The translations under genes were made by a program, and so were the position numbers. Positions 1-12,900 of a DNA stretch of 64,000 nt are shown piece after piece. The DNA lies in NCBI RefSeq assembly GCF_902713615.1, contig NC_052154.1, forward strand, positions 81,261,072-81,325,071, given 5' to 3'. The stretch's first letter is position 1; each line of letters begins with the position of its first letter. The notes below the pieces were generated by a model. That model had not been told where the DNA came from and searched no databases. It worked only from the letters and a program-made list of their open reading frames with translations. The DNA is from Scyliorhinus canicula (lineage: Eukaryota).

Positions 1-269
1 ACGTTTGACAAATAGCGATTAGGCTTTTCAGAAATTAAGATTCGTTTGTCGGTGGGATTTCCTCATTTTCTTTTTCAATTATCGACTACCTGGAATGACC
101 AGTTTTACGGGCAGCACAAAGAAAGGAAAATATAGATTGTCTAATGCTGAATTTACTAACATCCCCGAAGTTGGTTTTGTTTCCTAACAGGTAAACGACC
201 CTGAATGGGAAACAGCAGTGGAGCGCTGACAAATCGTGCCAAAGACCAAATTTCCCTGAAGTTTAGATT

Positions 270-800
270 CCAGTTTTGATCTCCTTGGACCCATGTTTCC
301 TTCATGGCCATGAGATCATATCCATTTACCGTTTTTGCAACTCCAGTTCATCTACTTTATTCCGAATGCATTAAGGCCCAAAGCATTTCGACTTGCTCTT
401 TTGCCATTTTTTATCATCCTAATGTTTCTTTGTCCTGTGCACCTATTTGCCTCACGCCCTTGATTACCCTGTCCACTGTTTCTGCATGTTACTGCTCTTG
501 TTTTTATTACTGTCCTTGTTTCTGGTTCCCTTGCCACTCTACTTAATTCCCCCTCACATTCCCCGCCATTCTAGTTTAAACTCTCCCAAACGCACGAGCA
601 AACATTCGTACGAGGACATCAGTCCCTATCCTGCCAGATGTAACCCATCATGTTTGCACTTGTCCCACCGTCCCCAGAACTGGTTCCAATGCCCCAGGTA
701 TCTGAAACACTTCGCCTTTCCAGACAGGTGTTCAGACAGTATAACCTGCTGTTTCTACTACGTGGCACTGGTAGCAGCCTGATATCGCTACCTATGAGGT
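270..800 (-). mobile_element. CR1-clade LINE fragment (ORF1 end / ORF2 endonuclease start)
   Basis: The minus-strand ORF 352-537 ends RASRNALGLNAFGIK, resembling the CR1 ORF2 start LRVLYLNARSIRNK seen in the copy at 57312-57740. Degenerate. Confidence 0.65.
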
Positions 801-1244
801 CCTACTTTTTAACTTACTTCTTAACTCCTATAATCAGTTTTTAGGATCTCGTCCTTTTTTTTACCCATGTCGTTTGTACCAATGTGTAATACCTGACCAT
901 TAGCTGTTCACCCTCCCCTTCCAGAATATCCTGGAGCAGCTCTGAGAAGGAAGAATGGATGACAGTTTTGTTTTGTTGACCCCACAATCGAAAAGCCTGC
1001 CACCACCAAAAGGTGCTTAGATGAGCACATGAAAGTCCAAGGCCGACTCTGCAGATATACGGTAAAGAAACCTACAACGTTGGGGAGGCAGAAGTGAGCA
1101 CCGGAAGGCTTTAAAGTCACAATCAAATATTCGAGTTATTACTAGTACCAGCAACTAATTTAAGTATGTTACTCGCTTTGATGGACTGAAAATGTTCCAG
1201 CATAAAAAGTATACAGAACATATTGCCAAACACCAATAATATAT

Positions 1245-2018
1245 GTAGTAAATATTACCAGATTGTAATCTTGTAAAATATATTACTTAACAGTTGAATT
1301 AAATATCTTCCGGTCCATCGAAAGATATAAACATAGAGACATCTGGTGGCGGCCATATTAAGAAGAATTCCCTCTCCGATGTATGGCGAATTGGACTAGA
1401 AATGGGCGTGTGAGAAGACTCAGCCCTGATAGAGTGAAGCAGTCGGAGCTGGTATCGCGGGGCAGCATGGCGAAGGGTCAGGACCAGGGAGCGGTGGCTC
1501 AGTGGTCTAAGAAGCAACAGATGAAGTTCTTTAAGGACTGTTTCGCTGAGCTGAAAAAGGAAACGCTGGACCCGATCAAGGTAGTAAATATTACCAGATT
1601 GTAATCTTGTAAAATATATTACTTAACAGTTGAAGTAAATATCGTCCGGTCCATCGAAAGATATAAACATAGAGACTTCCGGTGGCGGCCATGGAGGAGT
1701 AGGTCACACATTCGATAGCTCCCACCTGGAACAGACTTTCTGACCTTTATCCCGATTTTACTCAGGCTTTATGGGATAGATCGGTGAAGTGGACAATATT
1801 AAGAAGAATTCCCTATCCGATGGGTGGCTAGTTGGACTAGAAGTAGGCCGTGTGAAAAGACACAGCCCTGATAGAGTGAAGCAGTCAGAGCTGGTGTCAC
1901 GGTGCAGCATGAGGGTCAGGACCAGGGAGCGGTTGCTCAGTGGTCTTGGGGGCAACAGGTGAATTTCTTTAAGGACTGTTTCGCTGAGCTGAAAAAGGAA
2001 ACGCTGGACCCGATCAAG
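1245..2018 (+). repeat. Tandem duplication (1245-1580 and 1581-2018) spanning unique flank plus an L1 5' end
   Basis: gtagtaaatattaccagattg...ggtggcggccat starts at both 1245 and 1581, and both units end at cccgatcaag. Unit 1 lacks about 105 bp that is present in unit 2. Confidence 0.9.
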
Positions 2019-5000
2019 CCTGCGGTTGATCAAATGGTATTGAATCAGGCGGTCCAAGGGAAAGCGATACCAGAGATTGAGCTGAAGTTATCCAGCCAGG
2101 AGGACTATCTAACCGTGCTGGGGCAAAAGGTGGAGATGTTAGACGATCGCCACAAGAGAATGCAGGAGAAGCTGGAAGACCTGGTGAACAGGTCCAGGAG
2201 GCAGAACTTAAGTATTGTTGGCCTCCCTGAAGAAATTGAGGGGTCGAACCCAGGAGCATATGTGGCGGGAATGCTGGAGACGCTGATGGGGGCCAGGGCG
2301 TTCTCTCAGCCCCTGGAAGTGGACAGAGCGCATCGAGCCCTCGCAAGGAAGTCTAAGGTGAATGAACCGCCGAGAGCCATGGTGGTGCATTTCCACCATT
2401 TTTCGGACAAAGAACTTTTCCTGCGGTGGGCCAAGAAAAAGTAGGAGAACAGCGAGGTGCACATCTATCAGGACCTGGGAGCGGAGCTGGCCAAGAGACG
2501 TGCTGAGTTCAACCGGGTGAAGGCGGTCCTCTTCAAGAAGGGAGTGAAATTCGGGATGCTGTATCCAGCGCAGTTGTGGCTTACGCATGAAGACCGGCAT
2601 TTTTACTTTGAGACACCGGACAATGTATGGACATTTATCAAAGAAAAGAAGTTAGAAGCGTCTTAAAGGACACTTAAATCTCGAAGAAGTTATGTGACAG
2701 TGGTTCGTAACTTTTGCAATTTTTGTATCGGTTCAAACAAGATTGTATGTAGTTTTGGGTTAATTATTGGGCTGGGGTAGTGTGAAGTTAAAACTCACCA
2801 CTATTCTTAGAATTCCCCCTATACCAAACAAAGGTCGATATTCTAAATGGTGAACAGGGATTCTCACTCCCTGACTCCAATGCAGGCTTCTGTGGGTGCT
2901 ATTCTGGTCAAACTATCTTTTCAAGTTATCCCCTGGTATAACCCATACCTTCACCGAAGAATTTTACCTACTTACCCCTTAATAGCATTGATGTCCTGGG
3001 TCTTGCGTTATTAAGGAAGTGAAGTAAGCTAATAACCACTTTTTCAGGTTAAGTTATTTTTATTATTATATTTTTTCTTTTAAAAGCTGCAAACACTTTC
3101 TTTACAGAAAGGAAAAAAGATCTTGCTTCTGGCTGCTGGTTGGTTGAAGGGACCTTCAGGCCCACGACACTCAATCTTCTTTAAATTCTGGTCTTCTTGG
3201 GATGTATTCGCTGGTTAGCTCTGTTGCTGTGTCTTGTCGATCCATGTACTGAGCTAAAAGAGCTAACTCTGCTAGCTATCTCTAAGCTGACTCTGACTCC
3301 TGTTTAAATTCTAGTCTTCCTTAGATGTATAACTGTTTAAACTCGGCTGCTTGCCTTGTCTTTCCCATGACCGAGCTCTCTCTCTCTCTCTCTCTCTGAG
3401 TTCTCCTCCCCTTCTCTCCTGTTGCTGGTTTCCTCTGTCCTCTGCTGCTGCTCTCTGGGTTTATATTCTCTTTCTAAGGGTTATTAAGTTTTAACGACTT
3501 TATTGTAAATGAGCTTGTTTCACTTTGATAGTTTAAAAGTATCTTTGATGTAAACATTTTACTACAACTAATTATTCATTTTGGGCATATCGTCTCCTCT
3601 CAGATCTGATTAAAAAATGCTTTGGTTTCAATAGTTAACTTTTATTTCTGTGATTTCGAATCGGTTAATTTTCCAATTGTCCCCAGCTCATAACTTTGCC
3701 TTTGATTTTGACTTAAATGATGTTTCTCGTAGACAGGTCGTCTCCAATTTTCTTTTAATTGTCTTGATGTTCATAGAATTTTACACTTTAAAATTGACAC
3801 CAAATTCGACTGGGCATCTTCCATCCTTTCCAGCTGTTTACTAAGAGAGTTTATTTCAATTAAGGTGTGAAACTTTGCTTTTAGCTGTATGCTAAAATTT
3901 AACTTGGTTATGACTTGAAAGACTTGCCTGTTTTAAACATTCGTCACTTAATGCAATTGAAACTCTCATCCATGCTTTTTCAGATGCTTCCTGAGATAGT
4001 TACATTCCATGAAGGTGTGAACCATTGTTTTAGCTTACCACATGAAACCTGTGTGTTTGCTAAGCCTGTTTGTGAGCCAGAATCTGCATTTTACAACCCT
4101 GCTCTTTGCAGCTGCTATTAACCTTTTGTGGGATCTTTCCCTGTACCCTCTCAAACCAGATATTGCCAGACTTCCATGTTTCAAATGACACATTTTTCTG
4201 TATTTTCAAGAACAAGTGGTTTGAGGGTGCTTTGTTTTGCAGGGATTTGATGTGGGGGGAGGGGGGCCCTGAAGTTGGTGCTACTCGGTGGGAGGTTGGG
4301 TTTTGTTTCAAGTGATTGTTCCTTCATTGGTTTATGTTAATTTATTTCTACATGAGGTTGTTTACTTACTGGGGATTGCGATGTTGTTAAATGGTCTATT
4401 CATGTAGGGAGCGGGGTTTGAACAATAGGGAGTCAGACTGCATGGCACCAGGGTCAGGGGTTATCGGGGTTAGCATGGCTCAGCTGACTCTCGGGAGTGA
4501 GGTGGTGGGTATGCATATGCTAAGTCGGTGCTTGACCCGGAAGATTAGGTTTCGGGTGCTGCTGTGGGGTGGGAGGGGAGGGGCAGGGAGAGGCTGCTTT
4601 GCTGACAGGGGAAGAACCATTTCTGGGGAACAACTGGGAGGTCAGCAACGGGTGCTGCTCATGGGGGTGCTCGGGAAAGCAGGGGATGAGAGCTTGGGGC
4701 TGGGCAAAAAAAGGTTATGGCTAGTTGCGCCCCCCCCCCCCAAAGGTTATGGCTAGTCGCCCCCCCCCCCTGTCCAGGCTGATTACATGGAATGTGAGGG
4801 GTTTGAATGGGCCGGTCAAAAGGGCTCACGTTTTCGAGCATTTAAAGGTGCTGAAGGCAGGCGTGGCAATGCTTCAGGAGACACATCTAAGTATTACAGT
4901 ATAGACCAGATGAGATTGAGAACGGGTTGGGTTAGTGAGGTGTTTCACTCTGGGCTGGACTCAAAGACCAGGGGAGTAGGAATATTGATCAGTTAGCGAG

Positions 5001-8000
5001 TGGCGTTTGAGGCTGGAATAAATGTGGCAGAAAAGGGGGATAGATATATAATGGTGACTGGGAAGTTGAAGGGGTGCAGGTGGTGCTTGCGGACGTATAT
5101 GCTCTGAACTGGGACGATGTGGGATTTATGAGGCGGGTGTTAGGCAGGATACCGGACTTGGAGTCTCACAGCCTGATCATGGCGGGGGTGGGGGGGGGGG
5201 GGTGGGGGGGGGGGGGGGGGGGACTTTAACAAGGTAATTGATCCCAATCTGGACCGGTCAAAATCCAGGACTGGGAGGAGGCCTGCGCGGCAGAGGAGTT
5301 GAGGGGTTCCATGGAGCTGATGGGGGGGTGTGGATCCATGGAGATTCGGGCGGCCGAGTGCAAAGGAGTTTTCGTTTTTTCCACATGTCCATAAATTTAT
5401 TCCTGTATTGATTTTTGTGTTCTAAGCAGGGCACTAATTCCGAAGGTAGCGGGGATGGAATAGTCGGCGATTGCAGTCTCTGATCATGCCCTGGATTGGG
5501 TGGATTTGTGGTTGGTTGAGGAGAGAGGGCAGCACCCGCTGTGCAGATTGGATGTGGGGTTGTTAGCAGACGAAACGGTCTGCGGGCAGGTGAATAAGTC
5601 CATCCAGAACTACCTGGATACAAATGACACAGTAGAAGTATCAGAGCAACGGTTTGGGAGGGTCTGAAGGCAGTTGTAAGAGGTGTCAATTGTAATTTCG
5701 ATTTGGTGCCACAGAGAAGAGGAGGAACAAGCGGAGAGAGAGAGATTAGTAGAGGAGATACTTTGAGTAGATAGGAGATATGTGGAGGCCCCGGACTCTG
5801 GGCTCCTGAGGGAGCGCCGGAAGCTACAGGCTGGGTTTTAGTTGTTGACCACAGGGAAAGTAGTGAAACAGTTGAGGAAGGTAAAGGGGGCAGTTTCCGA
5901 ATACGGGGAAAAGGCGAGCAGCATGCTGGCACACCAGCTTAGGAAGAGAGAGGATTCCAGGGAGATAGGGAGAGTAAAGAATAGGGAGGGTAACATGGTC
6001 TTGGACTCGGGACGGGGGGAGGGGGGGGGGTGTAGTTTCAGAATGTTACAGTAAATTATATGAGGCGGAAACCCCAGCTGGAGCAGAAGAGATGATGCAA
6101 TTCCTAGATCAGGTGAGTTTTCCGAGGATGGAGGAGGACCTGATGGAGGGCTGGGGGCCCCGATTGAAGCAGAGGAAATTGTTAAAGGACTGGAGGGCAT
6201 GCAGTCGGGCAAGGCTCCGGGGCCGGACGGTTACCCGGTAGAATTTTATAAGAAGTTCTCAGAGATGTTGTGGACTTTTAACGAGGCTACAGAGAGGGGA
6301 ATCCCCCCCCCCCCCCCCCTCTCTCCAACGATGTCGCAGGCCTCGATTTCTCTCATTCTTAAACGAGAGAAGAATCCGGAGCAATGTGGATCTTTTATGG
6401 TGATTTCGCTTTTGAAAGTAGATGCCAAGCTGCTGGGTAGGATTCTAGCCACTAGGATAGAAGACTGTGTCCCAGAGTGATGGGGAGGACCAAAATGTAT
6501 TTGCTAAGGGCAGACAGCTCAATGCTAACGTCCGGAGACTTTTAGATGTTATCATGATGCCCTCAGAAGGAGAGGAGGCGGAGGTGGCAGTTGCATTGGA
6601 CGCGGAGAAGGCTTTTGATCGGGTGGAGTGGCAGTACCTGTGGGAGACACTGGGAAGGTTTGAGTTTGGTGAGGACTTTATTGACTGGGTGTGATTGCTC
6701 CGCCAGGTGCCTATAGCGAGCGTGTGCATGAACCGGCTGAGTTCAGGGTATTTTAATTTACACAGAGGGACGAAGCAGGGGTGCCCTCTCTCCCCGTTGC
6801 TGTTCACTCTGGCTATAGAGCCTTTGGCCATGGCGCGGAGAGCATCAAGGTATTGGCAGAGGCTGGTTCGGGTGGGGTTGGAGCATCGGGTTTCACTTTA
6901 CGTGGACGATCTGCTCTTGTAGGTTTCGCACCCGGTGGAGGGGTTAAGGGAGGTTATGCAGATCTTGGGGGAATTTGGCAGGTTTTCGGGGTATAAATGG
7001 AACATTGGAAAAAATGAATTGTTCGTGATCCACGCAACGGGGCAGGAGAGGACACTGAAGGAGCTGCCGCTCAAGATGGTAGAGAGGAGCTTTCGCTAGC
7101 TGGGAATACTGGTGGCTCGGAAATGGGAGGCATTACACAAGCTCAAGCTAACCCGGCTGGTAGAGTAAATGGAGGGGGACTTTAAAAGATGGGATATGCT
7201 CCCGCTAGCGTTGGCGGGGTGGGTACAGGCCATGAAAATGACGGACCTACCCAGATTTCTGTTTATTTTCCAGTGCCTCCCCATCTTCATCCCGAAGGCA
7301 TTTTTCGGTTGAACAAGATTATTTCTGGCTTTGTGTGGGCGAATAAAATCCCACGAGTGAAGAAAATGTTGTTGGAGCGCAGTCGGGGGGAGGGTGGGCT
7401 GGCGCTGCCGGAATTCTGCAACTACCCCTGGGTGGCTAATATAGCGATGATTAGGAAGTGGGTAATGGAGGAGTGGGTGGCATGGGAGCGGATGCAGGCG
7501 GCGTCATGCAAAGGCACCAGTTTGGGGGCATTGGTAAAGGCACCTCTGCCATTCTCACTGGCCCGTTACTGCACTAGCCCAGTGGTGCTGGCGGCACTGA
7601 GGATCTGGGGGCAATGGAGGAGGTATAAGAAGGTGGAGGGTGCGTCGTCTGGACCCTGATTTGCAATAACCACAGGTTTGCACTGGGCAGGATAGATGGC
7701 GGGTTCCAGAGCTGGCAGAGAGCAGGAATTAGACGGATGGGGGATCTATCCATAGACGGGAGTTCTCCCAGTCTGAAGGCACTGGTGGATAAGTTCAAGT
7801 TGCCGCCAGGGAATGGTTTCAGATATTTGCAAGTGCGGGACTTTCTGAGGAAACATATGTTGGCTTTCCCGCTCTTGCCGCTAGAGGGAATACAGGACAG
7901 AGTAGTCTCTGGCACCTGGGTGGGGGAGGGGGAGGTGTCAGATGTCTATCCGAAGTTGTTGGAGGCAGAGGAAACCCCGGTGGAGGGACTGACGGGCAGG

Positions 8001-8728
8001 TGGGAGGAGGAGCTAGGTGGAGAGTTGGAGGCTGGTCTCTGGGTGGTTGCCCTAAGTAGGGTTAATTCCTCCTCATCATGTGCCAGGCTCAATTTAATAC
8101 AGTTTAAAGTGGTACACCGGGCACACATGAAGGCGGTGAGGATGAGAAAGTTTTACGGGGTAGAAGATAGATGTGCGAAGTGTGCAGGAAGCCGAGCAAA
8201 CCATGTCCACATGTTTTGGGCATGCCCGAAGCTTAGAGGGTTTTGGCAGGGTTTCACTAAAGCAATGTCCAGGTTGCTGGACACGCGGGTGCCAAGTCCG
8301 GAGGTAGCGATCTTTGGAGTGTCAGAAGATCCGGGAGTTCAGGGCCGATGTTCTGGCCTTTGCCTCCCTGGTAGCCCGGAGACGGAGCCTTTTAATGTGG
8401 AGGGACTCAAAGCTCCCGAGTGTGGAGACCTGGGTCAGTGACATGGCTGGGTTTCTCAGGATGGAGAAAATAAAATTTTCCTTGAGAGGGTCAATGCTGT
8501 GGTTCTCTCGGAGGTGGCAGCCGTTCGTCGACTTTCTTGGGGGAAATTAACATGTCGGCAGAAGCAGCATTCCGAAGGGGGGGGGGGCGGTTAGGTGCAA
8601 TATGGTTGAGGGATGTATGGAAGGGGTTGGGTGGGAAATGTCTTTTTTACCATATTTATGTTATTATTGTGTTTGTTACTGTTAAAAAATTTTGCAAATA
8701 CTTCAATAAAAATATGTTTTGAAAAAAT
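1674..8728 (+). mobile_element. Full-length decayed L1-clade LINE (L1-a)
   Basis: Starts with gacttccggtggcggccatgg. ORF1 remnants at 1902-2666 (LEDLVNRSRRQNL, LEVDRAHR). ORF2 remnants at about 4775-8550: APE, RT (RGTKQGCPLSPLLF, LYVDDLLL) and a C-terminal CxxC/HMFWACP. AATAAA and an A-rich tail follow. A 17-bp TSD at 1657-1673 / 8729-8745 has 2 mismatches. Confidence 0.92.
2780..4150. mobile_element. Unclassified AT/CT-rich insertion in the L1-a inter-ORF region (possibly LTR-element derived)
   Basis: Composition shifts abruptly from G-rich L1 sequence. Contains internal direct repeats (tttaaattct.gtcttc at about 3180 and 3303) and a (CT)n tract at about 3375-3397. I could not define termini or a TSD. 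Confidence 0.35.
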
Positions 8729-8749
8729 AAAGATATAAATGTAGAACAT

Positions 8750-9270
8750 GGGACACAGGAGTCAGCCATTCAATTCCTTGAGCTTTCTCTGTCATTCGAT
8801 GTGATCATAGTTGATCATCTACCTCAACACCACTCTTAGCACGGTCCCATATCCCTTGATGCTTTGAGCGATATAGATATTTTTTACAGCACGGAAAGAG
8901 GACCATCGGCCCAACAGTTCTGTGCTGGCCCTCAAGCACCTATTATTTTTTTCTATACTATTTTCCAACACTTGGCTCGTAGCCTTCTATGCTCTGGCAT
9001 TTCAAGTGCTCATCTATATTCTTCTAAGTTCTGTGAGGCTTCCTGACTTTACCACACTTTCTGGCAGGTAGTTCTTTGCTATCTAGAGATCTATTGGTGT
9101 ATGTCTTAATCAGATTCAATGACCGAGCCGCCCGAGGTAGAGAATTCCAAACATTTACCACTTTCTGAATGAAACAATTCCTCCTCGTCTCATTCCTAAA
9201 TGGCTTAGTCCTTATTCTAAAGCAGTGTCTCCTGAGTCTAGCAACCCCAGCTGCCCTCGCCACCTAACAC
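8750..9270 (-). mobile_element. CR1-clade LINE 3' fragments
   Basis: The minus-strand ORF 9024-9263 contains FRNETRRNCFIQKVVNVWNSLP, the typical CR1 ORF2 C-terminus. Confidence 0.75.
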
Positions 9271-9994
9271 CCACTCGAGGAAATTAAATAGGTTACATGT
9301 TATTATTAATAGCAATAACTAAATAAAGTACAGGTGTATATACAATATGGGTGGGATATATATATGGATATATATTTGTGTGTGTGTTCTTTACCTAAAT
9401 TATAGTGCACACGATATCCTGCTTGCAAATTACACCAAAGAAAACTGAATGCACAACAAAAGATGCCAATATTTTTTACATTTTTATATAAGAAATGTAA
9501 TGAGCAATTCATGTGTAGTGAACTTCTGTTGTTAGTTGAAGATTAACTGAACATCTCTGAGACATTAACAGACATAACACAAGCAGCCTTCGACACAGAT
9601 AATCTGGAATAATTAAAGAAATATCGGACACACAGGACAATATTATTGTCATCTTCCATATATCTTTAAATGTTTCTTCATTTAGATATAGATTTATTCC
9701 TTTGGGGAAGCTACAGGCTCCTTCGTGTTGTAAAGGTACTTCTCTGCTTAAATTGTTTCAAATGCTTAATGCATTGGCTAAAACTGATGAATTGGTGCAC
9801 GGAATGAGCTACAAATGGCACAGTTGGCCACGATATGCCTTTTCCAGCACTCTTTATTCAACAATTGAACCTCTAAATTAAGATCATCCCCACTTCATAA
9901 CAGCTCATGTCCCAATTTGTGTCGTTTCCTTTGTGGCACCTTGATCTCGTACCGAGAATATAGATAACTCCGAGGAAAAGAACAACTTGAAATA

Positions 9995-12900
9995 ACTTCT
10001 GGTGATGATCTGTAGATGGAGGTCGCAAGTTGGGTGACTCCTGCTGGAGTTTTTGGTTTCTGGCCCTTTATGCCAAGTTTTGGGGGGATTTGTTTGAAAA
10101 GTTAGTTGTTGGAAGGTCTGAAGAGGTTGGGGAATGTCAAAGTTCCAGCAGAAGTATCAGAAGATGAAGGGGTGAGCAAATATTCATCGGCGCGTATGAC
10201 TGTGAGTATAACAGGAGGAAAGATGGCAGGCGCTAGATCGTCTGGGCAGCACGGTAGCACAGTGGTTACCACGGTGGCTTCACAGTGCCAGGGTCCTAGG
10301 TTCAATTCCCGGCTTGGGTCACTGTTTATGCAGAGTCTGCACATTCTCCCCGTGTCTGCGTGGGTTTCCTTCGGGTGCTCTGCTTTCCTCCCACAGTCGA
10401 AAGATGTGCAGGTTAGGTGGATTGGCCATGCTAAATTGCCGGTAGTGTCTAAAAAGGTTAGGTGGGGTTACTGGATTACGGGGATAGGGTGGAGGTGTGG
10501 GGCTCAAGTGGGGTGCTCTTTCCAAGGGCCGGTGCAGACTCGATGGGCTGAATGGCTTCCTTCTGCACTGTAATTCTATGTCTGGGGGGACTGCTCCCAT
10601 TATGGTGGGAAAGCTGACTGAAGCGGCTGTTCTCCAAGCACTTTGGCATGCATCAGAAAGAGATGATGACCTTGCTCAAGAAATGGATTGATGAGACTCT
10701 TGCCCCAATACAGGTGGCTTTGATTAACACATCAGCAGAGATGCAGGATCAAGTAGAGGTGTTGAATGGGGTAGAGGAGGCATTGTCGTAGCACAGCGAC
10801 CAGTTCACCTCGATGGGTGAGGAGCTGCAGTGGGTGAATAAAGGGCTGAGAGAAAAAGTGGAGGACCTGGAGAACAAGTCACAAATGCAGAATTTGAGGA
10901 TCAAGGGATTGCCTGAGGGGGTGGAGGGCTGAATTCTGATTGAGTACTTTGCAGAGATGATCGCTATGTTGATGGGGGAGGTGAATGATCACTCTCTTTT
11001 GGGGTTGGACAGGGCCCCTCGGTCACTCCAGCCAAAGCCAAAAATGAATGAACCACCCAGGGCTGTGATAGTCTGCTTCAACAGCTACCAGTTGAAGGAG
11101 AAGGTCTTACGATGGGAGAAGAAGAATCAAGAGATGAAGTGGAAAGGCATTGGATATTTGAATATACGAAGATCTTATGGCGGAGCTGGTGAGAAGGCAG
11201 GCGACGTTTGACATCGTGAAGGCGGCATTGTATAGTGGAAACGTTTTGTTTGGACTGGTCTACCCGGCGAAGCTGAGGGTGACTCGCAAGTCGCAGGACT
11301 TTTATTTTGTTTTGGCAGAAGACGCGTTTGTGAAGGCTGAAGGACTTGGACAGAGATGAGTTTAGACTTTAATGATGTTGACCGTGATCTTTCGTTTTTC
11401 TTTTTTTGTATGTATCCCACCTCGTTTTTCTTGTTATTTGGGGGTTGTTTATTTTTGGTGTTGTGTTGGGAAAGGGAGCGTTTGGGGGTTGGTAGGAATT
11501 GGCTGGGACTTTCTGTGTTTTTTCGGGGTTGGGTTTGTGGAATTATGGGGTGGCGAGTTAGGAAGGTTTGACGAAGGGTGACTGGGTGTTGGTTTAGTTT
11601 CTGTGTTGGGGTGGGGCTCTGGCAGGGTCACCTCACTAGGGGAATGAGGTGGGTGGAGGGTTGATGGTCATTGGACCCTGTATGGACAGGTTTCGATGGG
11701 CCTGGGAGGTGTGAATGGTGGGGGATGGGGATGATATTGGGTGAGGAGTTTTCGAGAGGAAATGGTTGGGGATTCTGGGATGGGGAGGGGCAGGGGGCTG
11801 ACTGTGACTAATGTTTGGTCTGGCATCTGCCTGATGGGCAGAGCCTGGAGTAGTGGATATGGTGGAAAGAAAGAGTGGGGGGGGGGAGAGTGAGAGGATG
11901 TCGGTCAGGGTGATGAAGTGCAATGTGAGAGGGCTGGGGTACCGGTGAAGAGAGTGAGAGTTCTCTCGCTCTTGAAGAGTTTAAACGTGGATGTTGTTCT
12001 GTTGCAGGGGACTCATTTGAGGCTGGAGGATCTGGAATACAGTGATGGTGCCGAAGCTGGACAGGTCCCAGCCACGTTCAGTGACCCCGACGTGGGGGAG
12101 GGGGCCAACGCGTTGGCCGGGTTTATAAGGGAGTAGGGAGGGCTGGACCCGTGGACGTTCTTGCAACCACGGGACAGGAAGTGCTCGACTTTTTCTGCCT
12201 GTGCACAAGGTGTATTTCAGGATCGACTTTTTTGGAATGGGAAAAATGCTGTAAGGCGGGGTGAGGAAGGCAGAGTTTTGGCGATTTTGATCTCGGACTG
12301 TGCTCCACATTGGGTGGATATGGTCCTGGAGAAGGAGTCAGTCCAGAGCGGGCGTGAGGTTGGATGTGGGACTGTTGGTGGACCCGAATGTTTGTAAAAG
12401 GGGGTACGTGATCGAATATTATGTGGAGTTTCATAGTAGTGGGGAGGCTTCGCCATCAGTGTGAGGGGTGAGGTTATTTTGTTTAAGGTGGATAGGGAGG
12501 CGAGGGAAGAACGGCAACGGTTGATAGTGGAGAAGTCAGTTACATAGAGGACCCAGTCCCAGATCCGGGTCTTCTGATTAGGAAAAAGGAGTTACAGGCA
12601 AGGTTTGAGCTTCTGTCTGCAGGGGAGGCGGTACAGCAGCTGTAAAGGGTGAGCGGGGTTGTTTATGAACATCGGAAGAAGGCTATCCGCATGTTGGTGG
12701 GCCATCTCCGTAGGCAGGCAGCAGCGAGGGAAGTAGTTTGAGTCAGAGATGGGGGTCGGTGGTGGTGCCGGAGCAGGTGAACAAGCTTTTAAAGAGTCTT
12801 ATAGGGTCATATATAGGTCAGTGACACCGGAAGATGCACCGGACCTGAGGGAGTTTCTGGGGTGGCTGGAATGTCGAGAGATAGGAGAGGTGGCGAGGCT

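Noticed and set aside
10244-10320. tRNA-like A/B boxes as tRNA genes (all SINE heads)
   Set aside because: They are embedded in SINE bodies, and I could not fold a complete cloverleaf.
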